The notes beneath the pieces are model-generated. The model made no database searches and was not told the origin of the DNA. It saw only the letters and a list, made by a program, of their open reading frames with translations. Shown one piece after another: positions 1 to 12,010 of a stretch of DNA of 60,820 bases. The position numbers were made by a program, and so were the translations under genes. Every line of letters begins with the position of its first letter. Positions within the stretch are counted from its first letter, which is position 1. Location: positions 1 through 60,820 of the forward strand of contig MQRK01224224.1 of assembly GCA_001938485.1 (NCBI GenBank), written 5' to 3'. The DNA comes from Girardia tigrina. Taxonomy: Eukaryota.

Positions 1-852
1 TTTTATGATAATAAATATGATTTATATATAAATAACTAAAATTAATTATAGAAAGAAAATAAATAAGCAAAGGAAAAAGATTAAATATTTATGTGAAGAA
101 AATAAACATTATTTAATTTTAATAAATAAAGAAAGTAAAGATGAAAGAAAAGGGTATAAAAGAAAAGAAAGTTAAGAAGATAATCACCCTTAATTATAAT
201 TTGAAAGAATAGTTTGAAAGTTCAACAGAGAAGTTCTAAAAGAAAGTTTAACAAGCGTAGTGAAAAAGTTTATAAAAGGCGTAGCTATTATTTAGATACC
301 ACGTTGAATACAACTCACGGGTATCAGTATAAAAGAGCAATAANNNNNNNNNNNNNNNNNNNNNNNNNNNNNNNNNNNNNNNNNNNNNNNNAAAATTGGA
401 AATTGATTAGAGAAAATTGACGTAATAGAAGTACGAGTCGATATAATTATATATATTTTCTTAATTATATTTTTATATATTCTAAATTGACTGGAGGTAA
501 ACGTTGCGTTTCCTCCCCTATCTAATCTATAAAATCATAAATAGGTTTAAGTTCTTTTTAAATATCGATTTCGAATTGTAATTGTTGTACAAATTAAATA
601 TACATATTTTATTTAAAGTCTCGTTTTTGTTTTCATTTTTGATAAATCATTTTATTCACACCTATATCCCAACATGATTATAAATTTTTAAAATTGATTA
701 ACGAATTTGGTTGCGATTCGATTTGACGTAACCAAAAGAAAATTGATAGAAGATAAATTATGAATTTCTTTGATTATAAATTTTTCTGTTTTATTTAACG
801 AATTATCGATAGGAAACTTTTTTTGAAAATGAATAATGAAATCGAATTATTT

Positions 853-1306
853 TCAAATCCAAAAACAATTTTCAATTGTTTTCCGAACCCTTAATTCGAA
901 TGTTAAAAGTCTTTCATTCTCATCTTGACAAATTTGGTTTAGTTTGTCCAATTCTTCCAACAGTGGTACTTTCTTTATAAATGTTTTCTGGAACCAATTT
1001 TTGGATTCCACATCTGAAATTGGTTTCTTACCCTCTTCTGTTGCATTTCCCCAAATAATTTTAGCTTCGTTTATCAACAAATAGCTACACATTTCCGAGA
1101 ATGTTAACCCAAAAATTCTGAGCATTGGCATTGTCTCTATACCATATTTGACCTTCTTCAGAATCAACTCCATTGTACTCCTTTATTTTCTTCTCGAGGG
1201 TTTCCTTAAAGATTGATGGCAGTTCTAGTTTAGTAAGTCTCAAAACTTTTATTGCAACACCAGCGTGGTCGCTAGATAAATCTCCAGGTTTCACTTCAGG
1301 ATTCAT
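853..1306 (-). mobile_element. Possible degraded LTR-retrotransposon gag fragment (two overlapping frames)
   Basis: Frameshifted ORF pair. LEELDKLNQICQDENERLLTFELRV loosely resembles the gag major-homology region. A TGG-starting PBS-like sequence lies upstream on the - strand (1676-1687). Confidence 0.3.
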
Positions 1307-2053
1307 AATATCAACAAGTAGAATTTATTTAATATTTACAATCTATTTAGAATACTTCAACAAATTAATAATCACAACTTTCCTAAAAATCATAATGTAT
1401 AAAAATTCATTTTTATTTTATTCCCAAAATATTCCCAAAATATATTTATAAAGAATTATGTTGCTTAATTCCTGATAATCATAATTTTTAAAAATTTATT
1501 ATTCATTTCCCAAATATTATAAATCAGTAAATTATTTCATTTTATGTCCATTATTCCTAATTCCTAATGAATTATTTCATTTAATTCCAAATATTTAATG
1601 CATGAAAATTATTTCATTCTAAGTCATAATACTAATTTTTAAGAATTTTTAAAAATTAATTTCTGACATTAAAATGTCCCGTACCCAGTTAAAAACATCA
1701 TTATATCAAACAGTATTATAATAAGTAAAAAAATCAATGACAATATCGTTTCTTTACAAATTAATTCAAAGATGTAAAATGAATTTTTTTCTCATTTCAA
1801 ATTTTAATGAAAACATAATTACAAAAGAAAAAACTATTTATTTTTTATGATAATAAAAAGTTTCTTTTCAATGATAATAAAAAATTACCAAAATAACACC
1901 CCGTGTTTAAATGCATTAATTTCATTTTCATTTTAGAGTGTCAATAATAGTAAATTCAAGATTATGTATTTTTCGTTGATTTATTTTTGATTCCATTCAC
2001 ACTCAATCACACTCAAACATACTAAAATTATTTTTCTATTCTACTTGAAAACA

Positions 2054-2219
2054 ATGATGAAAGATCTTAAAAAACGATTTTCATTTTCCGGAAAGAAAAG
2101 TATCAGTGATAAAATAGAATCGCAAATCGAAAATATTTCGATAACCTCAAAAAGTTCCAATTATAGTAATTTTCAAAACGGTGTGTCTCACGAATCGAAT
2201 TGTTCACAAAGAAATAATT
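2054..2219 (+). CDS. CDK16/17/18: PCTAIRE kinase (CDK16/17/18-like), first coding exon: MMKDLKKRFSFSGKKSISDKIESQIENISITSKSSNYSNFQNGVSHESNCSQRNN
   Basis: ATG at 2054; N-terminus resembles the CDK17 start MKKFKRRLSL. Donor GTTAGT at 2220 is phase 1 (an alternative phase-1 donor GTGTGT is at 2181) and matches the phase-1 acceptor at 21645. Not in the ORF track. Confidence 0.7.
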
Positions 2220-2693
2220 GTTAGTATATATTTTTTCTTATTACTAATAGAAATATTATTTTCATTGATTTATTTTAATTTAAATTTAATTATGATTTAT
2301 CGATTATAAATCAATTTAATTTTATAGCTGACTATTATTATAATAACTATTAGTTTCGTGAAATAGTATGTGAAAATTATTAAAACGATTTGATTTTAAT
2401 AATATTTTTTACGAATTAAAATCGTTTATGTTTAAATATGTTAGCGTAATTTGTGAATTAGTCGAAAAATTGCCGCATTCACTAACTATATGACATATTC
2501 TAAATTAAAATGAAAAAATCTCAATTTAATATGAAAAAAATCAATTTATTGTGAAAAATTATGAAATTAATATTACAAATTCTGCGCTTAATTTTAAAAA
2601 GTATGTATTTATTATGAATATAATTTCATATTAAATTGATATTTTTTTCATATGAAATGCAGAATTTTTAATATTAATTTCATCATTGAATTA

Positions 2694-3972
2694 TTGGGTT
2701 GTCCAAAAAGTCATTGCGTTTTTTACTAAAATATTTATTATCAAAAAATGACATGGATGCACAAATATTTTTACACGATATACTGTCCATTATTTTCAAT
2801 CACATTCTTCCACCTTTCCGGTAGCTTCATTATTCCTGATTCACAAAAACCTTTGCCTTTGTCAGCAAAAAAGCCGTCTAGGAACGATTTGATGTCATCA
2901 TCACTGGCGAATGATTTTCTGTTTAAGGAATTCTGCAGTGATCTAAATAAGTGAAAATCCGATGGGGCCAAGTCTGGAGAATACGGTGGGTGCGGCAAAA
3001 CCTCCCAACCCAGTGATAAGAGTTTCTGGCAAGTGGTCAAACTTGTATGCAGTCTTGCGTTATCATGCTGAATTACAACTCCTTTTCGATTTGCCAATTT
3101 AGGACGTTCCTGTTGAATTGAATGAGCCAATTTCTCCAGCTGACCACAATATCTGTCTGAATCGATGGTTTCATTCCTCGGAAGGAGTTAAAAAAACACA
3201 ATTGCTTTAAAATCCCACCAGACGGAAAGCATAACCTTCTTTTGGTGAATTTCTGCTTTTGGGATCGTTTTGGCATGCTCACCACGTTTTGTCCATGATC
3301 GTCGGCGTTCCATATTGTTGTAAACAATCCATTTTTCGTCACCCGTGATCAAGCGCTTCAAAAATGGATCACTTTGTTCTCGCTTCAAAATGTCAATACG
3401 TTTCACCAAATGAATTTCTTTCAGTTCATGTGGTAACCACATATCGAGTTTACTGACGAATCCAAGTTTCTTTAAATGACTTCCAACACTTGATTTTGAT
3501 ATTTCCAGAGTCTCTGCAATTTCTCTTGTCGTCATATGTGGATTAGATTTGACCAGTGCTGTTATTTTGTCGCCATCAACTTCAACTAGTCGACCGGAGC
3601 GTGGTGCATCTTTCAGATGAAATTTTTCAGAACGAAATTTAGAAAACCAGTATTGACACTGTCGAAGTTTTANNNNNNNNNNNNNNNNNNNNNNNNNNNN
3701 NNNNNNNNNNNNNNNNNNNNNNNNNNNNNNNNNNNNNNNNNNNNNNNNNNNNNNNNNNNNNNNNNNNNNNNNNNNNNNNNNNGATTTTCCATTTCGAATT
3801 GACGGTAAAGTAATAAATTAAAACAAAATCAATTAATATTTTGTATAAACATAGTCTGGAAATTAAGGTTTCAGAATATATAATTGAATTTAAATTTTAT
3901 CGCATCGTTTTATATTTTCAAGCTTTTTATTAGGACGTACTCAAAAACGCAATGACTTTTTGGCCAACCCAT
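2694..3972 (-). mobile_element. Full-length mariner (DD34D) element, inactive
   Basis: ~30-bp TIRs TTGGGTTG(T/G)CCAAAAAGTCATTGCGTTTTT flanked by TA. Motifs WLPHEL, ITGDEKW, HDNAR, HPPYSPDLAPSD. ORFs 3188-3535 and 2771-3130 share a frame, split by one TAA. Confidence 0.95.
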
Positions 3973-4006
3973 TAAAAATACATTAAAAAAATGCCGATTT
4001 CGTGAA

Positions 4007-4256
4007 TTCTTCTTCTTTTTGACCTTAGCCGTTGGGCCGTGGGTGCACTCAATTATGCACAAGCCTTTTCCACATCTCTTTTTTTAGCCTCTCTTCTCAG
4101 ACCTTTCATGTTCAATCCACTCCATTCTTTTAAGTCATCTGTCCATTGTCTCTTTGGTCTTTCTCCTTCCACTCTTCCTTCAATCATAATCTTTGTTAGT
4201 GCTTGTTTTCTTATCTGATGTCCGTAGAATTTCAGCTTCCCATCAAATAGCAACAT
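4007..4256 (-). mobile_element. 5'-truncated non-LTR retrotransposon 3' end (RTE-like)
   Basis: C-terminal motif LKFYGH..R...EGRVEG.RPKRQWTDDLKEW, a short 3' UTR and a (GAA)n tail. Second copy at 52739-52815. Confidence 0.75.
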
Positions 4257-4300
4257 AGTTCAGTAATATACATATTTAGTATATACATATTTATATATAT

Positions 4301-5224
4301 TTAATATATGTATTTAGTAAAAATATTAGCATTGACGGTAGAGTTAGCCATTGTTTTGCAATAACCCATTCCGTTGATTGTCATACTTGCAATTAAAGAA
4401 ATTGATCTACCTCTTACTGTTGGTGTTGATACTATAGCACGAGTTCCTCGCTTCGATCTAACATGAGATCTTTTTAAATGTAAATTAAAAGATGATTCAT
4501 CGATAAATATCGCCCCTGAAAAATCATTGTTGAAATGGTTGTTAAACCATAGCGCATATTCCTTTCTCAAAATGATTTTTTTCGACCGAATTAACTCTAT
4601 CTAGCTCTCTGTGGGAAAGTTTCAGAGTTATTTTTAGCTCTTCTAGGCATCTATTAATGCTAGAAATTGATATCGAAATTTTCAGATCAGCTGCTTGCTC
4701 AAGCTCTTCTTTAATTTCTTTAAGTGTAAACTGTGGGTTAAATGTAACGATCTCCTCAATGTTGTTTATATTATGCGCTGTGAGAACTGTTCTTATTGAA
4801 CCACCTTTTGCTTTGAGGTTAACAATATTGTGCTTGTTATATTTATTGACTATTACTGTTGCTGAATTATAGTTAATTTGAACGATCTCTGATGCTTCTA
4901 ATATACTCTGTCCTTGTTCACAGACGAGTCTAATTAAGCTTTGACGTTTTTCATTTGATATTTTAGCATATGAAACTCTTGTTGGGGTTTGATTTGCAGG
5001 ATTAACTGTCAAGGCAGTATTGTTCGAATTATTTGAATCCCTTTTGATTTTTGAAAAAGCGTGAAATTGCGTTAAATAAATTTAATCAAATTAATTTCTT
5101 TTTTATATTTCTATATTTAATATTAACCCTAACTTATTTATCAGGTGAGTTATTAGTTAAAATTTTTGATTTAAATTTTTGAACAAAATTCATTGATAAA
5201 ATGTTCAATTTGACCGGAAAATGG
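4301..5224 (-). mobile_element. IS630/Tc1-like (DDE_3) transposon, 3'-truncated
   Basis: HTH-type ORF 4542-5012, then IFIDESSFNL...RGRSISLIAS (first catalytic Asp). Frameshift in an A7 run. Putative terminus CCATTTTCCGGTCAAATTGAAC next to TA at ~5224. Confidence 0.8.
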
Positions 5225-5295
5225 TATATAAATAAAAATCTTAAATAATTAAATATAAATTTATTACATCTTCCTTCAAAACTAACAAATACTAA

Positions 5296-5511
5296 ATTAT
5301 AATTACTGATGATCGAGTGTGAAACTTCAAAACATGTTCAATAATCCATTTCTTAAAAAAACTTTCACAGAATTATTTTTCAAAAAAATATATTTTTAAG
5401 TCTTGTGAACTCTAATTTGATATTTTTAGAAATAATTTTATTAAAACTTCTTTGAGAATTAATTATTGAACATTTTTCGAAGTTTCATATTCCATCGTCA
5501 GCAATTATAAT
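5296..5511. repeat. Inverted pair of ~100-130-bp repeats, each with a minimal hammerhead-ribozyme core
   Basis: + copy: CTGATGA(5306)...aAAA-CATG-TT-CAATAAT. - copy: ATTG-CTGACGA(5501-5495)-TGGAATATGAAACTTC-GAAA-AATG-TT-CAAT. Confidence 0.65.
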
Positions 5512-6552
5512 GTAATTTGTAAAATAATAAAATGTTATTTTCAATGAAATATTTATTTGAACTTAAGATTTAATTGAAACCACTTTGACACTACCTAAAT
5601 TCTTGAAAATAGTCTGTAAATGTTTAAAAACCTTCATGATAGTGTATTTTAATTATCCATTTTTTAAATCCTTTCTTAAGCCGTGTTTGTGTACATAATT
5701 TTAGCAATGTATCCTCATTGTTGTGATCTATCTGTTTGTTTATGTACATGACATCCCTCAAGCGTTCTCTAAGAATATTTAAACCATAATCCGTGATTTC
5801 AAAATTGAAGACAAGTTTCAAAATCTTTGATATAACCAGTTTATCATTTCATCTCTATGCTTTTTCTCACAAACGCTCTCTGATATTCCTTGGAGACCTG
5901 TACCTGTTTTCTTTTTATATAATTCAGTTAGATATCCCCCATTCATCCTATTGACAAAATATCGTACATTGGATCGGCAAAACAAGGATTAGTGTGCATT
6001 CACAATCAGGTCAAGTCTCAATTTTTAAAATCTTTAATTAAAATAAATAAATTTCTAATAATTCTTAAAAAATTAAATTTTTATATTTAAATCTTCCATT
6101 TTTAAATAATATAACAATTAAAATAAAAAAATTTAATTATTATTCAAATATTTCCCCAATTATAATTTGTAAGGATAAAGTATGAAAATTCGAAACATCT
6201 TTAATGATCAATTTCTGAAAACTTTATTAAATTATTTTTCAAAAATATCGAAATTAGCGTCATATCAACTCGTGCATAAAAATGCAACGCCTCTTTAAAA
6301 ATTCAAAATTTTCGGCACCCAGGTAGATGATTTGGGAGCTATATAAGTTCAAGGAGTGGTTAATTGTTTTACAAAAATGTTTTACCACAGACCCCACATT
6401 GTACAAAGAAAAGCTTAAAACTTTTGTGCACTCAGATTCGTGCACGATATTTCAGGAAGACGGAGTTAGGTCCATACAGTCTATGCTCCAATGGCTTGAC
6501 GAATTTACAAAATTTGTACAATTTATGTTCTGCTTAAATTGTATGCACATAC

Positions 6553-6557
<5 letters not shown>

Positions 6558-6597
<40 letters not shown>
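6558..6597. repeat. (TA)n microsatellite
   Basis: Direct observation. Similar tracts at ~11670-11781, 32759-32782, 43437-43476, 51848-51980 and 60785-60820. Confidence 0.95.
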
Positions 6598-6602
<5 letters not shown>

Positions 6603-7668
6603 TAAAAATCTGTTGGGATCCCAAACTAATATTACTTGTTAAGAAACTTATTAAAATAAACATTCTTGGAATCTTACTAAGAACATTATTTGAAGTAATA
6701 ATTTGATTAGTAGGTGCGATTTAACACATTTTAAAAATTTAATTAACAAGTCTTTTTTTAATATATATTAGTGTATGAAAAATGTTTTCAAGTTTGTAAT
6801 TTACATATGTATTATGTATTAATTATAATTTAAAATGAATGATGTAATTTAATTTTTAAATATTTTATTTTTGTATTTATTGCTAATAATTATTTTGAAA
6901 ATTATGTAATTCAAGCAGACTAACTGTTGATAATTTTTTGAAACTTTGTTTTCTCAATGGACCTAACGCCTGAAGTCGTTCTATTTAGAACGAAACATGG
7001 CGTGAATGTACAAAATGATATTGTAGTAATAGTGAGGAATATTTTAAATTTGGTATGTTGATTTTTGTATGTTGAGTTTAGTATTTGGATGTGTTTCTTC
7101 CCTCCAAGATGAAAAATTGGTATTTTGGATTTTCGAGAGGAATAGTTATTCGAGTATAATTTGCATTTTAAAGTACAACCTAAGATATTAAAAAAAACTT
7201 TTAAAATATTAAATCGTTTAAACTTTTAATATCAAAAATAACTTTTAATTTATTTTTAAATTAATTAAATAAATGTTTTTGTTTAAATAAAATTATTTTT
7301 AAATTAAATTAATATTTAGATAAAATTTTTACCGAAATTATAAAAGTAGAATTTTTAAAAATAAAATCTGAAATCATTTAAAATGAAAATTTATTCGAAT
7401 AATTGTTTATTAACAAGATATTAATAAAAATTTATCAATTATGCGAGATGTCAAATTATGAAAGATTGGCTGAGGATTGTCCCAAAGACAATTCAAATTG
7501 TGATTAAAATAAATGTGTGAAAACCATATTGGTGTTCTTAATAATAATATTTTGCATTTGAAAAATAATGATTATTCAATGTTATTATTTTCATTGATAG
7601 AAATTATTTTGATAATTACTATTTACATTAATTTATTAACGATTGTTTCTCCGCAATTTCTTGACAGG

Positions 7669-7695
7669 ATGAATGAATGAATGAATGAATGAATG
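7669..7695. repeat. (TGAA)n microsatellite
   Basis: About 6 tandem TGAA units. Confidence 0.9.
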
Positions 7696-10600
7696 ACATA
7701 AAGATGTAAATGTTCAATCGATAATACTAATAATAGTCGCGATTACTGAATTGTTTCTGTGTGCCTGTTTGTGCTATGACTGTTGCATTCATCTGTTCGC
7801 CGCCGGTTTGTAATTACAGATGGTTAAAACCTGTATTGAATTTTAGATTCTTGTCGCTTTTGGGTTTATTATTAATAATTGTCGTTGAGTAACGTATGTC
7901 AAATAGTGGCTTTTTTAGCTAGTAATAAATACCATATGTATTTATTTACAGTTTGTATCCACTAGATCTGATCCGATCATTGAATTTCATTTCGTGTCTT
8001 TATATCTATATTATGAGGGAACATAAGTCTGAGATTTAAATCAAATAAAGATTTGGTAAAGCCAGTTTTGATGCAAAATTAAATAAAAATTTAAACAATT
8101 ATTTCGTTATTTTAAAGGGTAATTTTTCTATTCTTCAAATTGACCTTAATTCGCATTATGAGAAGGGTTGTATAGAAAATCATTGCTAATCAGACACTAC
8201 AACCGGTGTCATTGATTAATAAACAAAATGGGAAAAAATAAACCAGCCTCAATTTTAAATATTTAAATTTTTTTTATTTTATTTCACTAATTAACATCAA
8301 TTGTTTTCTATTTATAATTTAATTTTATTTGGGAAATATTAATTATTAATGGTAAGCAAAATATATAAATGATGACCTATGATAATTCGTTAACTTGTTT
8401 TGATCATAAATATATTTCTAGTCTGGTAAACATTAATATGCTATTATTTGAATAAAAAAAATGTGAAAGCCCATTTTCGAAAACTATTGTGGTACATGTT
8501 TCTATTTTCTTTGGTCAATAATAATTAAATTTAAATTAAGAAAATAAATTACTACCAAGCATACAAGTCGATAATATAGTGAAAGCTAATCTTGTGTACA
8601 AATATAATTGTCAGGGGTTACAAAACTCGTGCATTGGAGGGACAATTCGTCATCGCAAAACACGGATTAGTGAACAGTCCCAGTTGAGTAGATCGAATAA
8701 GGTTGTCGATCCCTGTAAATGATTCAAAGATACAATTTCAAAAGACGATTTTTCTATTCTTCAGATGAATTTCGATTGACATTAATAGAGGTTGTTTTGT
8801 GTATCAATGCTAATCGGACACTATCACTCATTAATTAATTAGAAAATTAAAGCAGTTTCAATATTAAATGTTTTCAGATAATTTATAAAAATAATTAAAA
8901 TTATCATCCAGTAAAATAAAATTTAAATAAAATTAATCATGAAACTGTTTTTACACACTTTTATATAAGCTTTATCTGTCTATTTGTCTGGTACAAATCT
9001 TGTAAATGATTTTTCAGCCACTTCCCAATGTTCAATTAAGCTGAAACATTGCAAACTTACTCATTTGATGACAATACACGAATCAACTAACAGATATTTT
9101 TGTGCACATATAAAAGGGTTTTTTTCTAAAAAACTATTTTTTATATGTATTAATTGTTTATACTCAATACTCAATTTCAAATAAATAAGGAAATGAATAA
9201 AAATCTAAGCACGGAATCGGTTTCTGATGGCGATAATGTGAATGCGATAGACTATGAGGAAGAAGGATGTTGAAGAATACATAATTTTAGTGCATCCAAT
9301 AATTGTGGGTTTTGAAAGCATGTATTATAATTTTGAGAAAACATTTCAATAAAATAGAAAATGGTGAAATTCATGGGGCATCAATTTCTTATTTTGAAAA
9401 TTCATTCGAGCAGATTAGTTGAGATCTGTTATAAAAAGGAAATATATTAAACTTCGTACATGTAAAAGTTGTTGTATAAGAACTTTTTATGTTATTTTCT
9501 AAATAATACTCCCACTCGTCATTGGGATCACATATGATCGTAATAACTAATAAAATTGGTCGAAGGCATATGACTGGCAGTTAATCTGTTATTCATAAGC
9601 TGTTAAATTGAAAAAATATATTACTTATATAATATATAATTGAGAAATTTGGAAAATTATTAACAATGTATTTATTGGGAAATGAAGTATAACTAAAATT
9701 ATATTTATAATGTCGCAAAATAGATTTTGATAACAATCAAAATGAATTTATAAGTTACCTAATTCTGATGTAGACCTAGACTTATTAACCAGATTCAACT
9801 TTTTTGAGCAATTCGTTTTATTGCGTCGATTCCGTCATATTTCTGAGGTTTTCCTGCATAAATAAATTGGTTTTTGTCGAAAAAATATGAAAATTTAATA
9901 GTCAGAATAATTTGAAACTCTATCAATAAATTATGATTATTATAAATTATTCTTAATTTTTCTATTCTTATTCGACAAAATTTTCGTTCAAATTGAATCT
10001 TTTTGAGAATTGTTTATAAATCAATAAAGAACAATTGTGGGGTTCTTGGAAATCCAATGTAAATTGTCAAAATCGGGTGGAGTTGGTTTTTTGTTTCAAA
10101 ATCTGTTTAAAAATTGATTTCGTTTTTTATTTATAACAAACTGAAACAAAAGGAGAACTAAAGTTTTCTATTTTTTTAAAGGATTTTAGAAATAATTTAA
10201 TTAATTTTGTAGAATTTTTAAAATTAGGAAAAGATTTTTCTGGGAAAATCTGTTTTTATTATTACTTGTTAAATTTTTCGTTCAATGACTTACAATTTTG
10301 TGGATACAAAAGTATTTTTTCGTTATCGAAGCAAATCTAAAAAAAACAAATAAAAATTGATTTTTTAGGTTTTTTTCATGAGATTTTTTATTTGAAATTG
10401 ATTTTAATTATTTATTTATTATTTTTATAATTATTATATTTAAAATATTTATAAACACAATATAATCTCCTTAATTGAAACTCTTGATAATCACGACTTT
10501 TTAAGAATCGCAAATTTTTATAAGTACAAAAAGAAAGCTGTATTTTAATACTTAAATTAAATAAATAGTTAGTCTAAAATTTCCCATTAATTTTCCGCAA

Positions 10601-11603
10601 ACAGAATTTTCCATATTTTATTTTCTACTTCCGTATTCTTTTTAGTGAATTTTTTTACTATTCCGAAAATTTATGAACGAAAACTTTCTCCCACATTTTT
10701 ATATAATTTTCAATAAAATTTTTAATTGTTCACAAAACTATTTAATTTAATTTATTTTAAATTTATTTTAATTAGCAAAAACAAATAACAATTATATTTT
10801 CACTGAATGATAAGAATTAAAGGAAAAGTTCGTTTGCTTGAAAAGTCCTGTGCGGGAAAGCCCAATAGGGAGAAAGTCCGGCCACCAAATAAAAAAAGTA
10901 TATTTAGACTGATTATTCGAACTTGAATTTGCAACATCTGGCTTAAATGATTGTGATACTTGTATAACAGCCTTAAATCGAAAAAGAAAAAATTTGGAGG
11001 AATTGATTCTTATCTAAAACTTTTTCAATTTGCTCTAATTTGATGTTATTTTTTACCAAGAGTTTATGGAACTTTGATATATAGACGACAGTGGGGGTAT
11101 TAATAAAGCGTACGCAGTTGCGTGGTTGCAGTACTGTAACACTGGTGGAGTGTGGAGGGAGCCTAATGGTATCTCACCATTATCGATGATCGATCGATCA
11201 TCACTTGTCCACGAGTATCTCATCGTCCCTATCGACGGTACACCGATTCCTCGATGTTTGTAGTGATCTTCGAGAAAGTAAAGATTTTTTATGATGAATT
11301 TTCCGTTTAAACTGCCATAGTTTTTTAGCTTGTTTTCTTATTTCAGCGAATTATTTCATTCGAATTTTCTATATTTATTCAATTGTGATAATTGTTCGAA
11401 TTTCTTAAACAAATCCGCGACTTTCTCGTTTTAATTATTGTCGTAGACGAATCTGTAATCTTTCTATTCGAATAATTTCAATTTTACGAATTTTCAAATT
11501 ATCATTACCGCAATTTTTATTAACATAAAACATTTATTTAAACAAACTCTTTTTCAAACAATCAATTTCTTTTATTTTTAACATTCAATAATCATTTTTT
11601 TTT

Positions 11604-11738
11604 CAGGCCCGTAGCTAACCTCAGTTTCATGAGGGGCCACGTGAAATTCAGAGGGGGCACGAATCATCCTTATATATATATATATATANNNNNNNNNNNN
11701 NNNNNNNNNNNNNNNNNNNNNNNNNNNNNNNNNNNNNN

Positions 11739-11784
<46 letters not shown>

Positions 11785-12010
11785 TATATACCTGAATTTC
11801 TTTTTGTTTTACATAATTAATGATTGTAATTTTAATCACTCTTGTCACTGCCATGTTTCATTTTTATGTCAAATACACATTTTAAATAAAGACTGTAAAG
11901 ACTGTACATGAAGATACATATATATTTCTTAAAACGGTCCATTAAAACTTTTCTAAAACTTTTTTTGAGGGGACCAGGCTTTCTTTGACCCCCGGTTATG
12001 TACGGGCCTG
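11604..12010. mobile_element. hAT-like MITE containing a (TA)n tract
   Basis: TIRs CAGGCCCGTA / TACGGGCCTG. Imperfect 8-bp flanks TTTTTTTT / CTTTTGTT. Confidence 0.7.

Noticed and set aside
8612-8715. CAGGGG...CCCTG possible hAT MITE
   Set aside because: TIRs are very short and the TSD is unconvincing.
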